Assembly (NCBI GenBank): GCA_903910645.1
Contig: CAIWAD010000124.1
Location: 16,445-80,444, forward strand
Length of the DNA stretch: 64,000 nucleotides
Reading direction: 5' to 3'
From: an uncultured bacterium
GTDB taxonomy: Bacteria > CAIWAD01
Shown: piece after piece, positions 50,601 through 59,923 of the stretch
Layout: each line of letters starts with the position of its first letter
Position numbering within the stretch: position 1 is the stretch's first letter
Notes under the pieces: generated by a model
What the model saw: the letters and a program-made list of their open reading frames with translations, nothing else
Databases searched by the model: none
What the model was told of the DNA's origin: nothing
Translations under genes and position numbers: made by a program

Positions 50601-51381
50601 CATTCAGGCTCAGCCCCTGCAACTCCTCCCGCAGGGCCGAGACGCCCAGCATGTCAAAGGCGATGCAACAGGTCTCAAGGCATTGGCGCTGTTTCAGAAT
50701 GAGCTGTGCTGCGTGCCAGACCGCCTGATTCACCGCCTGGGGAAAATCCCCCTCCAGGGCGCCCACCCGGCCTTCTCCGGCCTTGCTGGCCATGGCCGCC
50801 CACAGGGCGGGCTCGAGCAGGCTCCGGGACTGGCGGCCCCCGCCAGCTTTCTGCCCCCCCAGCCAATCCATGAAGGCGTCTGGCAGTTGGGTCCACCAGC
50901 GACGCAGTTGATCCATGGCCACGCGTTCCATGGCCTCGCCAGCCTCATCGCCCAACTCCACCTTGCCGCTCAGTCCGGCGCCCAGTCCGGCTTCTCCCAG
51001 GACGCGACGGCAGAAGCCGTGGATGGTGAAGATGGAGGCCTCGTCGAACTGGGCCAGGGCGCGACGCAAGCGCTTCCGCGCGTTCTCCTCATCCACCATG
51101 CCTGCGGCCACCATGTCCCGCAGCAGTTCGTCCTCCTTCACGCCGGGCACCTTCTCCAAGCTGGCCAGGGCCTCCTCCAGCCTGTGCCGCATGCGCTCGC
51201 GCAGGTCGGCGGTGGCGGCCTCTGTGAACGTGAGGATGAGGATCTGCGGCAGCTCCCGCCCTTCCGCCAGGCATCGCACCAGCAGGGCGCCAATGGTCCA
51301 GGTCTTGCCTGTGCCCGCGCTGGCCTCCACCAGCAGCGTGCCCTTGATGGGCGTGGCGAGCACATCCATGGTGGGGATCAT
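47665..51381 (-). CDS. recB: Exodeoxyribonuclease V beta subunit RecB
   Basis: I chose the ATG at 51381 (MIPTMDVLATPIKGTLLVEASAGTGKTWTI), which forms an ATGA overlap with recC. UvrD-type helicase motifs. C-terminal nuclease segment GFMDLCLCWEGRWWVVDWKSN. Confidence 0.9.
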   Translation of the reverse strand: MIPTMDVLATPIKGTLLVEASAGTGKTWTIGALLVRCLAEGRELPQILILTFTEAATADLRERMRHRLEEALASLEKVPGVKEDELLRDMVAAGMVDEENARKRLRRALAQFDEASIFTIHGFCRRVLGEAGLGAGLSGKVELGDEAGEAMERVAMDQLRRWWTQLPDAFMDWLGGQKAGGGRQSRSLLEPALWAAMASKAGEGRVGALEGDFPQAVNQAVWHAAQLILKQRQCLETCCIAFDMLGVSALREELQGLSLNAGSYKQEHFTSLLEDLGAWLQTGASCDQMPKRTGDGAWYFTSTHLRGKQRKGAPPLGPHPFFDAMDALEQACGDLAEAFARLLRALQEEAVATWPARAADLRLQERRLDFSDLLSMVLKALLGPQGARLKDLLQQRWSMAMLDEFQDTDPLQTEIFHQIFREVGHPLVLVGDPKQAIYGFRGADLDAYLKVAASADTQRALYTNWRSDPPLVAAVNQLFQQERFPGQGPFLHSGVAFAPVKACPKPDNRAVKLHGAILRAFHVVQEEQSGISKGLAEERICRHVAQMVERLLGPGACWVRRGTGEDLQSIIGREVAILVRTSRQGQLVAQALAERGLACIQGGRESVWSSAEAGQLVVLLKAMERPDDSGLARALLAGGLARALGGTALDTLHQPDLLLLAQTELHLARARAQTGSLAAALDQFLGRTHWREAMLARPMGERRVVNWNHLLELLRQEETLRRVDPGAMARLAQVKAQESRPSAEWEQRLESEDNLVRIVTMHKSKGLEYPLVFCPFLWAGDARVETFAQLRLPSTQGERRLFASPGMPLEGEEKSVLADASLAESLRLAYVALTRARSQLFCYSAFTNHDKLFPSPLDWLLLGGGLGDCAHPGEKDPWKAFKEQGAEAQLQQWRALEAAGEGVAVEPLCLDEDSPSMPGNEQASVETALPVRTFQGSLEERESSSSFTSLLRDAHADERVDEWFAAQDSPSEGGDADLEDATSAGRDAWAKFPAGTGAGICLHALLETGLDQGGVTVRLCEEELQSAGLGKEHAAFLAPRLDAVLHRPLGGGGPVPLDVEAGLRATELAFHLSTKGISGARLRELCQSHLLHNAGRLGVKEPDTLAALELATRREARPMAPGFLKGFMDLCLCWEGRWWVVDWKSNRLAPNAAAYTRERMVRSMAESGYFLQALLYLTALHRHLKRVDKDHDPWRHLGGLRYVYLRGLRQEDPDSGVLTDILPVELILELDQELGRLA

Positions 51382-54300
51382 GCCGCACCTCGCTTTCCGG
51401 AAGCCTTCTTCGGAGGCAAAAGGGCACCCAGACCACAGGCCAGATCCAGCACCTGCGTCGCCAGGCCGGGGTGACAAAGGGGATCCGTCCCATCCAGCAC
51501 CAACTGCACCCAGGCGTCCTCCAGCAGATATTCCCTGCCCTGGAACCAGTCCCTGGACTGCAGGAGACCAGGCTCCCTGTCCTTCCCTTCCGCCGCCGCT
51601 TGGGCCATTTCCTCGCTTGCACGCTGAAACCATGGCATCCAGCGGTGTTGCCCCAGCCGCCACACCGCAAGGATTTCGCGCAACTGGGCCAGGGCATCTT
51701 CAGGCCCCGGCAGCTCCTCCACCTTGGCCGCGCCCTTGTCCAGGGTGATCAACACGGCACGGCGCGCCCCAATGGGAGGGCCTGACTGTGCCAGCTGCCA
51801 GGCCAGATGCTGAATCCAGCCGGGCAGGCGCTGGCGGGAGGAGTCGGACCCCAGCGCGGTCAGCACCAGCGTGCCCGCGCCCTGCCAGACTTCGCCCTTC
51901 AAAGTCAAGGCGTCCACCGCCGTGGTGGTGGTGGTCCTTTCCAGCGGAGCGCCACAGGCTTCCCGCGCCGCACCAAGCGCACTCTCCACGTCATGCTGCA
52001 ACTCCTCCAGCTGACGCTGCCCCGGCCGCCCCCAGGGCAACAGGCCTTCAGCACGCAGCACCTTCTCCTCCCGCGCCGCATCCCGCCCTTCCAGCCTGGC
52101 TTGCAACAAGCGGTTGCGCAGCATGCCCCGCGTCAAATGGTCCAGGAAGAAGGGTTCGTGCCGAGGAGGCACCTGTCCGTCCCAGGGAAGGCGCACACCG
52201 GCGCGGCGCAGGAAACTCCTGGCAGGATTGCGATAGAAGGACAACAGCTGGGCCAATTCCAATTCCTGTGGAAGCTCGGTCTCCGGCAGGGTGGCCTGCC
52301 ACAGGCGGAAATCCGCGTCCGCCCTGGGTCGTCCGGCTGCCCGGAATCCCTTCAGGGCATTGGCCATGCGGTGCCGTCCCATGTGGAAGGAAGCCTCGTC
52401 GCTGGTGTCATAGGCCCGTTCGCTGAAGCCCTGCATGGGATGCTGGCGGGGCCTCACGGCTTTCAAATCCGGAGAGGAGTCCTCCGTCCCTTCGCTCTCG
52501 GGCATGATCCTGCGCGTGCACCTTTCCAGCCAGGTGGTGACTTCACCCACCACCACGGAGGGTGGCCGCACCCGTCCTTCACGAGGATCCAGGCCCTGCC
52601 AGAAAATGAGCAAGGCATCCTGTGCCGCGCAGATGGCGTCCAGGAACTGGCCGCGATCCTGCTCCCGGGGCTGGCGGTCTCCCAGGATTGTCTCCAGTTG
52701 GCACAAGTCCAGCTCGTCCCGCCGGGCCGCCCGGGGAAAGGCCTGATCGTCCAGCCCGAACAGCACCACCACCCGCGCGGGCAGGCCTCGCCCCGCCAGC
52801 ATGGGCAGCATGGTCAGGCGACCATCCAGCCCCGCCACGGCCCCATCCTCCGGCTGCAAGAGCTCGCGCAGGGCATCCAGGGCCACAGGCCAGCCGACGC
52901 TGCCACAGGATCCCGCCGCCGCCACTTTTCGCTGGCCCTCGGAGATGCGCCGTCGCAGGGCGTCCAACTCGCGTTTCTCGCCATCCCCGAAAGGCTCCAA
53001 CAACCGGGGAAGCAATAGCAGGAGCCAGTCCATCCACTGGGCGGGCTCCCGCTCCACCTGCACATCCAGGCGCAGCGCCACCAAGGCATGATGCCAGGCC
53101 AGCAGCGCCTCCAGCAAGGCGTGGCGTCCCGCCACCTCATCCACAGGGAGATGAGTGGAATCCCCGCCGCCGGCCTCCATGGCGTGGCCCAGCACCAGGC
53201 GATCCAAACCGGCGCGCCAGCTGTGCTCATCCGTGGGCGGCAATTCCAGCCGCTCCCGGTGTTGCGCGTCCAGCCCCCACACAATGCCCGCCAGGCGGCA
53301 CCAATCTGCCAGCAGGGGCAGGTCGGCGGCTTCCAGCCCCAGCTTGCGCCTGAGCGGCGCGCAGGCCAGCGGGGCCAGCACCTCGTCCACCTGCCAGCGG
53401 CCCAGAAGAAGTTCCAGCACGCCCAGCAGGCTTTCCTGCACATCACTTCTTCCCTGTCGAGCCATGGCCCAGGGTATCCGCCGGCCCTCCTCCTGGCTGC
53501 CGAACACCGACTCCAGCGCCGGGCGGGCAGCATCAATGTCCGCGCACAGCACCAATACATCGCCGGGGGCCAGGTCTGGATGGCGCTGGAAGAGGTCCAG
53601 AAGACGATCGTGCAGGACTTCGGCCTGTCGCAACGGGCTGTGGCAGGCGTGGAGCTGCAGACTGGAGTCCAGCGGCCCCACGGGCATGGGGCCCAACTCA
53701 GCCAGGCTGTGCTGCAGCCGGTGCAGCAGTTGGCCCTTCTTCCTTTCATCCAGTGCATCCAGCGGCGCATCAAAGGTGGCCTCCACCTCCAACAGCTGGT
53801 CAATCCACTGTCCCAACTCCTGACCATTGGCCTGGATCAACGGGGCCTCATCCACATCCAGGGCTTCCCGCCGCCGCCGTTTGCAGGCCAGATCCGTCCA
53901 GTAATAAGTGGGTGAAGGATTGGCCAGATAGAAATCCACCTGCCGCCACTGGGACAGGCGTTCCACCAGCTTCAATTGGGCTGGCGGAAGGCCGCGCAAA
54001 TTGAAGAAGCCGATGCGACGCGGCAGCGCCTTCACATCCTGTTCCGTGGACTCCAGGAGCCAGCGGGCCATCAAATCGGCACGGGTGGGCGCGGGAGTCT
54101 GTTCACGCAGCCGAAGCCAGAGACGCTTCTGCCAGGGCGCTTTCAGGGCGGCCTCCTGCGCTTTGAGCGCCCCCGGGAAGTCCGCGTGGGGCCCGCCTTG
54201 CCAGGCAAGCAGCATGCCGGGACGAAAAACCAGGTACTGGTCGAAGAGATCCGCCAGCCGCTGGCCCAAGTCCCGCGCGGCCCGCTCCCCACCCATTTTT

Positions 54301-54644
54301 CGCAGAAGGGTCTCGCCTGGGCCCGCCAGGGCAGGCTCCTCCGCCAACAGTGCGCAGATGCGCCACGCCAGGGCCTCCTTGCCCCAGGGCGAGGGGTGTT
54401 CCAGCCCTCCTTCGGCAAAGGGCAGGAGGAGGGAATCCCAAATGAAGGCCGCCGGCATGGGCATGTGAAGACGGGCTGTGGCGCCCAGCAGGCGTGTCAG
54501 CTCCAGCGGCAGGCGCCGGGCCAGGCCCCGGGACTCCACCACCACCACCTCCCTTTCCATGGGAGCCAGAGGGTCCGCTTCCATTTGACTGGCAAGCGCT
54601 TCCATGAGAGGATGAATGTGATGGGCCTGGTGGACCTTGAACAT
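51378..54644 (-). CDS. recC: Exodeoxyribonuclease V gamma subunit RecC
   Basis: I chose the ATG at 54644 (MFKVHQAHHIHPLMEALASQ...VVVVESRGLARRL). The size (1088 aa) and its position upstream of recB-recD fit RecC. Confidence 0.85.
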   Translation of the reverse strand: MFKVHQAHHIHPLMEALASQMEADPLAPMEREVVVVESRGLARRLPLELTRLLGATARLHMPMPAAFIWDSLLLPFAEGGLEHPSPWGKEALAWRICALLAEEPALAGPGETLLRKMGGERAARDLGQRLADLFDQYLVFRPGMLLAWQGGPHADFPGALKAQEAALKAPWQKRLWLRLREQTPAPTRADLMARWLLESTEQDVKALPRRIGFFNLRGLPPAQLKLVERLSQWRQVDFYLANPSPTYYWTDLACKRRRREALDVDEAPLIQANGQELGQWIDQLLEVEATFDAPLDALDERKKGQLLHRLQHSLAELGPMPVGPLDSSLQLHACHSPLRQAEVLHDRLLDLFQRHPDLAPGDVLVLCADIDAARPALESVFGSQEEGRRIPWAMARQGRSDVQESLLGVLELLLGRWQVDEVLAPLACAPLRRKLGLEAADLPLLADWCRLAGIVWGLDAQHRERLELPPTDEHSWRAGLDRLVLGHAMEAGGGDSTHLPVDEVAGRHALLEALLAWHHALVALRLDVQVEREPAQWMDWLLLLLPRLLEPFGDGEKRELDALRRRISEGQRKVAAAGSCGSVGWPVALDALRELLQPEDGAVAGLDGRLTMLPMLAGRGLPARVVVLFGLDDQAFPRAARRDELDLCQLETILGDRQPREQDRGQFLDAICAAQDALLIFWQGLDPREGRVRPPSVVVGEVTTWLERCTRRIMPESEGTEDSSPDLKAVRPRQHPMQGFSERAYDTSDEASFHMGRHRMANALKGFRAAGRPRADADFRLWQATLPETELPQELELAQLLSFYRNPARSFLRRAGVRLPWDGQVPPRHEPFFLDHLTRGMLRNRLLQARLEGRDAAREEKVLRAEGLLPWGRPGQRQLEELQHDVESALGAAREACGAPLERTTTTTAVDALTLKGEVWQGAGTLVLTALGSDSSRQRLPGWIQHLAWQLAQSGPPIGARRAVLITLDKGAAKVEELPGPEDALAQLREILAVWRLGQHRWMPWFQRASEEMAQAAAEGKDREPGLLQSRDWFQGREYLLEDAWVQLVLDGTDPLCHPGLATQVLDLACGLGALLPPKKASGKRGAA

Positions 54645-54759
54645 GGGGCCTCCGGATAGTGCGCATGGAAGATACAGGGGCTTGGGACATGCCGCGAGCC
54701 GCATGGGGAAATGGCCGCCCCATTGGCCCTACATTGGCGCAGCCACCAAGAGGTACCCC

Positions 54760-56493
54760 ATGCCCCGTCGCAATCTGCGCCGTCTGTTGAAAGATGAATT
54801 CACCGGCTACAGCTTGCCCGTCTTCCGCCAGGATCTCATGGCGGGGCTGACCGTGGCGGCGGTGGCCCTGCCCTTGGCCCTGGCCTTCGGCGTGGCCAGC
54901 GGCGCCAGCGCGGCGGCGGGATTGGTCACCGCCATTGTGGCGGGCCTGCTCATTGGCGGACTTTCCGGCGCGCCCTATCAGATCAGCGGGCCCACGGGCG
55001 CCATGAGCGCCGTGCTCATTGTGCTGGCACAGCGCTACGGGCTGGAAGGCGTGTGGGTGGCGGGCCTGCTCAGCGGCCTGCTGCTCCTGCTCATCGGCCT
55101 CCTGCGCATGGGACGCTTCATCTCCTTCATCCCCGCGCCGGTGATCACCGGCTTCACCAGCGGCATCGGGCTGATTATTGCCATTGGCCAGCTGGACAAC
55201 TTCCTGGGCGTGCACACGCCCGCCCACGACAAGGCGCTGCACAAGCTGGTGGCCTACTTCCAGGTGCCGTGGACGCCGGACGGGCCCACGCTGGCCCTGG
55301 GCCTGATGGTGGTGGGTCTGATGATCCTTTGGCCGCCCAAGTGGGGCGCCCGCATGCCCGCCAGCCTTGTGGGACTGGTGCTGACCACGGCCCTGGCTCA
55401 GCTGGCCGGCTGGGATGTGGCCACCATTGGCAGCATCCCCACCTCGCCCATCCTGGCGGAGCGCCTGCGACTGGACGCCGTGCCCTGGCAGCATCTGGGG
55501 GACTTCATCTACCCCACCCTCACCATCACGGCGCTGGGCGCGGTGGAATCCCTGCTCTGCGGCATGGCGGCCTCCAACATGACCGGCGTGCGCCTGCAGG
55601 CCAATCAGGAGCTGGTGGCCCAGGGTCTGGGCAACATGCTCATCCCCTTCCTGGGCGGCGTTCCCGCCACCGCGGCCATTGCGCGCACCAGCGTGGGCAT
55701 TCGCAGCGGTGGGCGCACACGCATGACGGGCATCCTCCACGCCGTGGGTCTCTTGCTCAGCATGCTATTGCTGGCGCCGGTGATGGGACGCATTCCCCTG
55801 GCCGCCCTGGCGGGCATTCTCATGGTCACGGCCTGGCGCATGAACGAATGGGCGGCCATCCGCTTCATGTTCTCCCACCGTTTCAAAACCGCCATGCTGG
55901 CTTTCACCGTCACCTTGCTGGCCACCATCACACTGGATCTGACCCAGGCCATCCTCATCAGCACCTTCCTGGCGGGCGCCATATTCCTTAGCCAGATCGC
56001 CAGCCTGGACATCGAGCGCCAACCCGTGGACGCTGCCAAGCTGCGTCAGCGCGGTCTGGAGATCTCCAGCGAATGCCCCCATGTGGAAGTGGCCTTCATC
56101 ACAGGCCCGCTCTTCTTCGCCGCCGTGGGCAATTTCAATGAGGCCTTCGCCGGCGGGCGCCCCACCCAGGCCCTCATTCTCTCCATGCGTGGCGTGCCCC
56201 TCATCGACACGGCGGGCCTGGAGGCCATCATGCAGCTGAAGGAGCACCTGCACCGCGCGGGAGGGCACTTGATGCTGGCGGGCGTGAATCCCCGCGTTCG
56301 GGTGATGATGGAGCGCGGGGGCATTGTGGACGCCATCGGTCGTGAGAATTTTTTCTGGGGCAGTGACGAGGCCATTGTGGAAGCCGACCGCCGGGGCTGC
56401 CCCTTCTGCGCCCGACCCGCACGCATGGCCTGGCCGCGCGGCGCGGCAGATGAGGCATTCACGCCGGTGGACGGCGAAGAGGACAAGGACTGA
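54760..56493 (+). CDS. SulP-family anion transporter with a C-terminal STAS domain
   Basis: I chose the ATG at 54760 (MPRRNLRRLLKDEFTGYSLPVFRQDLMAGLTVAAVALPLALAFG). The C-terminal segment LILSMRGVPLIDTAGLEAIMQL is STAS-like. Confidence 0.85.
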   Translation: MPRRNLRRLLKDEFTGYSLPVFRQDLMAGLTVAAVALPLALAFGVASGASAAAGLVTAIVAGLLIGGLSGAPYQISGPTGAMSAVLIVLAQRYGLEGVWVAGLLSGLLLLLIGLLRMGRFISFIPAPVITGFTSGIGLIIAIGQLDNFLGVHTPAHDKALHKLVAYFQVPWTPDGPTLALGLMVVGLMILWPPKWGARMPASLVGLVLTTALAQLAGWDVATIGSIPTSPILAERLRLDAVPWQHLGDFIYPTLTITALGAVESLLCGMAASNMTGVRLQANQELVAQGLGNMLIPFLGGVPATAAIARTSVGIRSGGRTRMTGILHAVGLLLSMLLLAPVMGRIPLAALAGILMVTAWRMNEWAAIRFMFSHRFKTAMLAFTVTLLATITLDLTQAILISTFLAGAIFLSQIASLDIERQPVDAAKLRQRGLEISSECPHVEVAFITGPLFFAAVGNFNEAFAGGRPTQALILSMRGVPLIDTAGLEAIMQLKEHLHRAGGHLMLAGVNPRVRVMMERGGIVDAIGRENFFWGSDEAIVEADRRGCPFCARPARMAWPRGAADEAFTPVDGEEDKD

Positions 56494-56514
56494 ATTCCCA
56501 GGCTCCCCCTGCCG

Positions 56515-57213
56515 ATGAGGGCCTCGGCCACGCATGCCCGGCTGGCCGAAAGGGGGATCCCCATGGTGTTGACGCGCACTCCGCGACTTTTGCTTGCCGC
56601 CGCCCTGCTGGTGGTCTGGTTTCCCAGGTTCAGCTCAGCCGCCCGTCCCTTCACGACAGAGGATGCCGGCACCGCCGGAAGCCGGGTGACCGAACTGGAG
56701 GCAGCGCTGGACATGACCCACGAGAGCGCCTGCAGTGGCTTTGCACTGAGCCGGGGCTTGAGCGGGAGGCTGGATGTCGGTCTTGCCTTTTGTCTGGAGC
56801 ATCGGGACGGCGGCAGCGCCTACGATGGCGCTGAAGCCTCCTTCAAGCTGGCCTTGTGGCCGGAACATGTGGCCCTGGCGGGGGTGGCGGCCTTGAACGC
56901 GCCGGGACGCGGCCTGACCCTGGCCTGGTCCCAGGGCCTGGGCACCCTGCAATTGGATGCCAGCCTGGGATCCTTCCTGGAACTGGGAGGCAACGCGCAT
57001 GGCGAGTGGGGTCTGGCGCTGAGTGGCGCAAGGGGCTCCATTGGCATGGGTGCGGAACTGCACGGCCTGCAGGACGAGGCGGCCACCTGGCTGGTGGGAC
57101 TGACGGCGCCCATGGGCGCACTGGCCTTGGATGTGGGACTGGGAGGCGGCTTCCATCCCGGCCGGGACCTGACGGTGGTGGCCGGCATGACCCTGCCGCT
57201 CAACCCGCGCTGA
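56515..57213 (+). CDS. Putative small outer-membrane beta-barrel (MetA/transporter-like family); the start may be internal (MVLTRTPRLLLAAALLVVW)
   Basis: The signal-like N-terminus is followed by ARPFTTEDAGTAGSRVTELE and repeated Gly/Leu/Ala beta-strand-like segments. Confidence 0.4.
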   Translation: MRASATHARLAERGIPMVLTRTPRLLLAAALLVVWFPRFSSAARPFTTEDAGTAGSRVTELEAALDMTHESACSGFALSRGLSGRLDVGLAFCLEHRDGGSAYDGAEASFKLALWPEHVALAGVAALNAPGRGLTLAWSQGLGTLQLDASLGSFLELGGNAHGEWGLALSGARGSIGMGAELHGLQDEAATWLVGLTAPMGALALDVGLGGGFHPGRDLTVVAGMTLPLNPR

Positions 57214-57225
57214 AGCGCGGCCGCA

Positions 57226-57894
57226 TCAGCCCTGTTGCTTCAGCCCGGCGCTCTCCCGCCGGGCTTTCAGGTATTCCACCACCGGTGGCACGCAGCTGAG
57301 CACGATGATGGCCAGGATGACGAGCTTGAAATTGCGCTGCACGAAGGGCAACTGGCCGAAGGTGTGCCCGCCGTAGACGAATAGACCCACCCAGGACAGG
57401 CCGCCCACCACATTGTAGGCCAGGAAGTGGCGGTAGCTCATGGCGCCCACGCCAGCCACGAAGGGCGCGAAAGTGCGGATGATGGGCACGAAACGCGCCA
57501 GGATGATGGTCTTGCCGCCGTGGCGCTCAAAGAAGGCGTGGGTGCGCTCCAGGTGCTGGCGGTTGAACAAGCGCGAGGCCTCCCCGCGGAAGACGCGCGG
57601 GCCAATGAGATGGCCAATCCAATAGTTGAGCGTGTCGCCCAGGATGGCGGCCACGCTGAGCAGCAGGAAAAGGGTGTGGACATCCAGGCTGGAGCCAGGC
57701 GCCGCCGCCAGGGAACCAGCGGCGAAGAGCAGGGAGTCGCCAGGTAACAGCGGCAGGAAAACCAGACCTGTTTCGCAAAAAATGATGGCGAAGAGGATGC
57801 CGTAGAGCCAGGTCCCGTACTGTGCCGCCAGACTGACCAGATGCGTGTCGATGTGCAGGATGAAATCCACCAGGCTCTTCAGCAGCTCAATCAC
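57226..57894 (-). CDS. DedA-family (VTT domain) membrane protein
   Basis: [22 protein letters not shown] and [16 protein letters not shown]. Confidence 0.85.
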   Translation of the reverse strand: MIELLKSLVDFILHIDTHLVSLAAQYGTWLYGILFAIIFCETGLVFLPLLPGDSLLFAAGSLAAAPGSSLDVHTLFLLLSVAAILGDTLNYWIGHLIGPRVFRGEASRLFNRQHLERTHAFFERHGGKTIILARFVPIIRTFAPFVAGVGAMSYRHFLAYNVVGGLSWVGLFVYGGHTFGQLPFVQRNFKLVILAIIVLSCVPPVVEYLKARRESAGLKQQG

Positions 57895-57906
57895 CAGGCT
57901 CCCTTT

Positions 57907-58365
57907 CTATTTGCCGAATGCGATGTCGTCGGACAGCTCGTTCACATCGTCGGCTTGGTGGGGGAAATGCCGCCCCAGATGGTCGCCCACGGCCAACACG
58001 GCCTCCGCCAGGCCATCCGCGAAGCGGTCTTCGCGAAAGTGCCGGGCCATGGCCTGGGCGGTTTGCTGCCAGAAGGCATCGCCCACCCGCTTGTGCAACT
58101 CTTCATCACCCACAATGGCGAAGCGCTGGGAGCGCGTGGCCAAATAGACGAGCACGCCGTTGCGCTGGACCGTGTTGTGCATGCCAAGGCCGGCAAAAAT
58201 CTGCCGGGCGCGCCGATAGGGATCCCGGCGGAAAAGGGGCAGACGCCCTTCCAGATAAACGCGGATCTCCGCGCTGGTGCCCGCTTCGGCTTTCTCCACC
58301 GCGGACTTCACCTGGTCCTGCTCCTCCTGGCTCAGGAAGAGGGCGGGCCGTTTGTGCCGTGTCAT
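57907..58365 (-). CDS. TPM-domain protein
   Basis: I chose the ATG at 58365 (MTRHKRPALFLSQEEQDQVKSAVEKAEAGTSAEIRVYL...NGVLVYLATRSQRFAIVGD). Confidence 0.7.
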   Translation of the reverse strand: MTRHKRPALFLSQEEQDQVKSAVEKAEAGTSAEIRVYLEGRLPLFRRDPYRRARQIFAGLGMHNTVQRNGVLVYLATRSQRFAIVGDEELHKRVGDAFWQQTAQAMARHFREDRFADGLAEAVLAVGDHLGRHFPHQADDVNELSDDIAFGK

Positions 58366-58366
58366 G

Positions 58367-59122
58367 CTACCACCCTCCACTGGCGCCACCGCCACCCGAG
58401 AAGCCTCCGCCGCCGGAGAAGCCGCCTCCACCCCCACCACCGAAGCCACCGCCGCCAAAGCCACCGCCCCGGCTGGCCGAGCCAAGGATGCTGCCAATGA
58501 TGAGCGGCGTCATGCCGCCTCCCCTGCCCCGTCCACCAAAAAGTGCCACCAGCGCCACCAGGGCCAGGAATCCAAACAAGCCTCCGCCACGGGAGCGTCC
58601 ACCGCGCCGGGACTGGGTTTGCGCAACCTCTCCCTTGGCCAGGGGATCATCCGGCGCCACACGACGCGCCACCTCCACCATCAGGAACTTGAAGCGCGCG
58701 CTGGCGGGATCCCGGGGAATCTGCAGCATCTCGCGGATGATGCGGCCCGCCTGGATGTCCGGCAGGCTCTCCTCCAGTCCGTAGCCCACCTCGATGCGCG
58801 AGGCCTTGGCATTGGGCAAGACCAGGGCCAGCACGCCGCGCTGGGTGTCCTTGTTGCCAATCTTCCAATGCTGGTAGAGCCGGTTGGTGTAATCGGTGAT
58901 CTCCGCGTCCGCCTCCGGCAACACGGCAATGAGGAACTGGATGCCCGTGCGCTGTTCGAAGGCGTAGAGCTGATCCGCCAGGACCCGGGCGTCATCCGCC
59001 GACACAATGCCCACAAAGTCCTCAAAATGGCGGGTGGGTGCGGGCGGCAATTCGCCCGCGGCAAAAACCCGGCCCAGCGTGAGGAACAGCAGGGCCAGCA
59101 GAAAGAGGCGGGCGCGTCTCAT
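58367..59122 (-). CDS. TPM-domain protein (YgcG-like) with a TM segment and a Gly-rich C-terminal tail
   Basis: Signal peptide MRRARLFLLALLFLTLG. HFEDFVGIVSADDARVLADQLYAFEQRTGIQFLIAVL...RGVLALVLPNAKASRIEVGYGLE. Tail GGGFGGGGFGGGGGGGFSGGGG. Confidence 0.75.
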   Translation of the reverse strand: MRRARLFLLALLFLTLGRVFAAGELPPAPTRHFEDFVGIVSADDARVLADQLYAFEQRTGIQFLIAVLPEADAEITDYTNRLYQHWKIGNKDTQRGVLALVLPNAKASRIEVGYGLEESLPDIQAGRIIREMLQIPRDPASARFKFLMVEVARRVAPDDPLAKGEVAQTQSRRGGRSRGGGLFGFLALVALVALFGGRGRGGGMTPLIIGSILGSASRGGGFGGGGFGGGGGGGFSGGGGFSGGGGASGGW

Positions 59123-59159
59123 GGACGGCCTCCTGCGCTAAGGGACACGGATAGGGCCG

Positions 59160-59765
59160 CTATTTCTCGAAGCTCACTTTGGGGGCCTTCTCGGCACCCT
59201 CGTCGGCCTGGAAGTACTCGTGCTTCTGCAGTCCGGCAATGCCCGCAATGATGTTGGCGGGGAAGCGGCGGATGCCCGCGTTGAAGTCTTTGGCCATGTC
59301 GTTGAAGCGGCGGCGCTCCACGGCGATGCGGTTCTCCGTGCCTTCCAGCTGGGTCTGCAGATCCAGGAAGTTCTGATTGGCCTTCAGGTCGGGATACTTC
59401 TCCACCACCACCATCAGGCGGCCCAGCGCGCTGCTCAGCTCACCCTGGGCGGCCTGGAACTTCTGCAGGGCCTGCGGATTGTTCAGGGCCTCCGGCGTCA
59501 ACTCGGCGGTCACCTGGGTGGCCTTGGCCCGCGCCTGCACCACACCCTCCAGCGTTTCGCGCTCATGAACGGCGTAGCCCTTCACCGTCTCCACCAGATT
59601 GGGGATAAGGTCCGCCCGCCGCTGGTAGACGTTTTCCACATTCGCCCACTGCCCCGTGACGCCCTCATCCAGGCTCACCAGGGTGTTGTACTTGCCAATG
59701 CTGCCGAAAACCAGCAACACCAGGAGCAGCACCACGCCGCCCACGATCATCAGGGTCTTGCTCAT
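59160..59765 (-). CDS. lemA: LemA family protein
   Basis: I chose the ATG at 59765 (MSKTLMIVGGVVLLLVLLVFGSIGKYNTLVSLDEGVTGQWANVENVYQRRADLIPNLV). Confidence 0.85.
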   Translation of the reverse strand: MSKTLMIVGGVVLLLVLLVFGSIGKYNTLVSLDEGVTGQWANVENVYQRRADLIPNLVETVKGYAVHERETLEGVVQARAKATQVTAELTPEALNNPQALQKFQAAQGELSSALGRLMVVVEKYPDLKANQNFLDLQTQLEGTENRIAVERRRFNDMAKDFNAGIRRFPANIIAGIAGLQKHEYFQADEGAEKAPKVSFEK

Positions 59766-59923
59766 GTTGTCCTCTCTTTTTCCACCGCGTGGGGCCGACA
59801 ATATCCACAAGGTGGGCGAGACCTGCCCCGCATTTCTTCAGGGGGCGGCCTTGGCCTCCAACCGGTGAAAGGGATGTCGGCAGGCCTTCCCTTGTCCAGC
59901 CAGGAAGCCGCCCGGCACCAGGC

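Noticed and set aside
57204-57220. Hairpin CCGCGC-TGAA-GCGCGG between the convergent genes 56515-57213 and 57226-57894, considered as a bidirectional terminator.
   Set aside because: The stem is only 6 bp, there is no U-tract on either strand, and it partly overlaps the stop codon. That is too weak to annotate.
58367-58480. Gly/Phe/Ser-rich low-complexity run (GGGFGGGGFGGGGGGGFSGGGG) as a possible novel repeat element.
   Set aside because: Glycine-rich C-terminal tails are a common feature of YgcG-like TPM-domain proteins, and it is in frame within a well-supported CDS.
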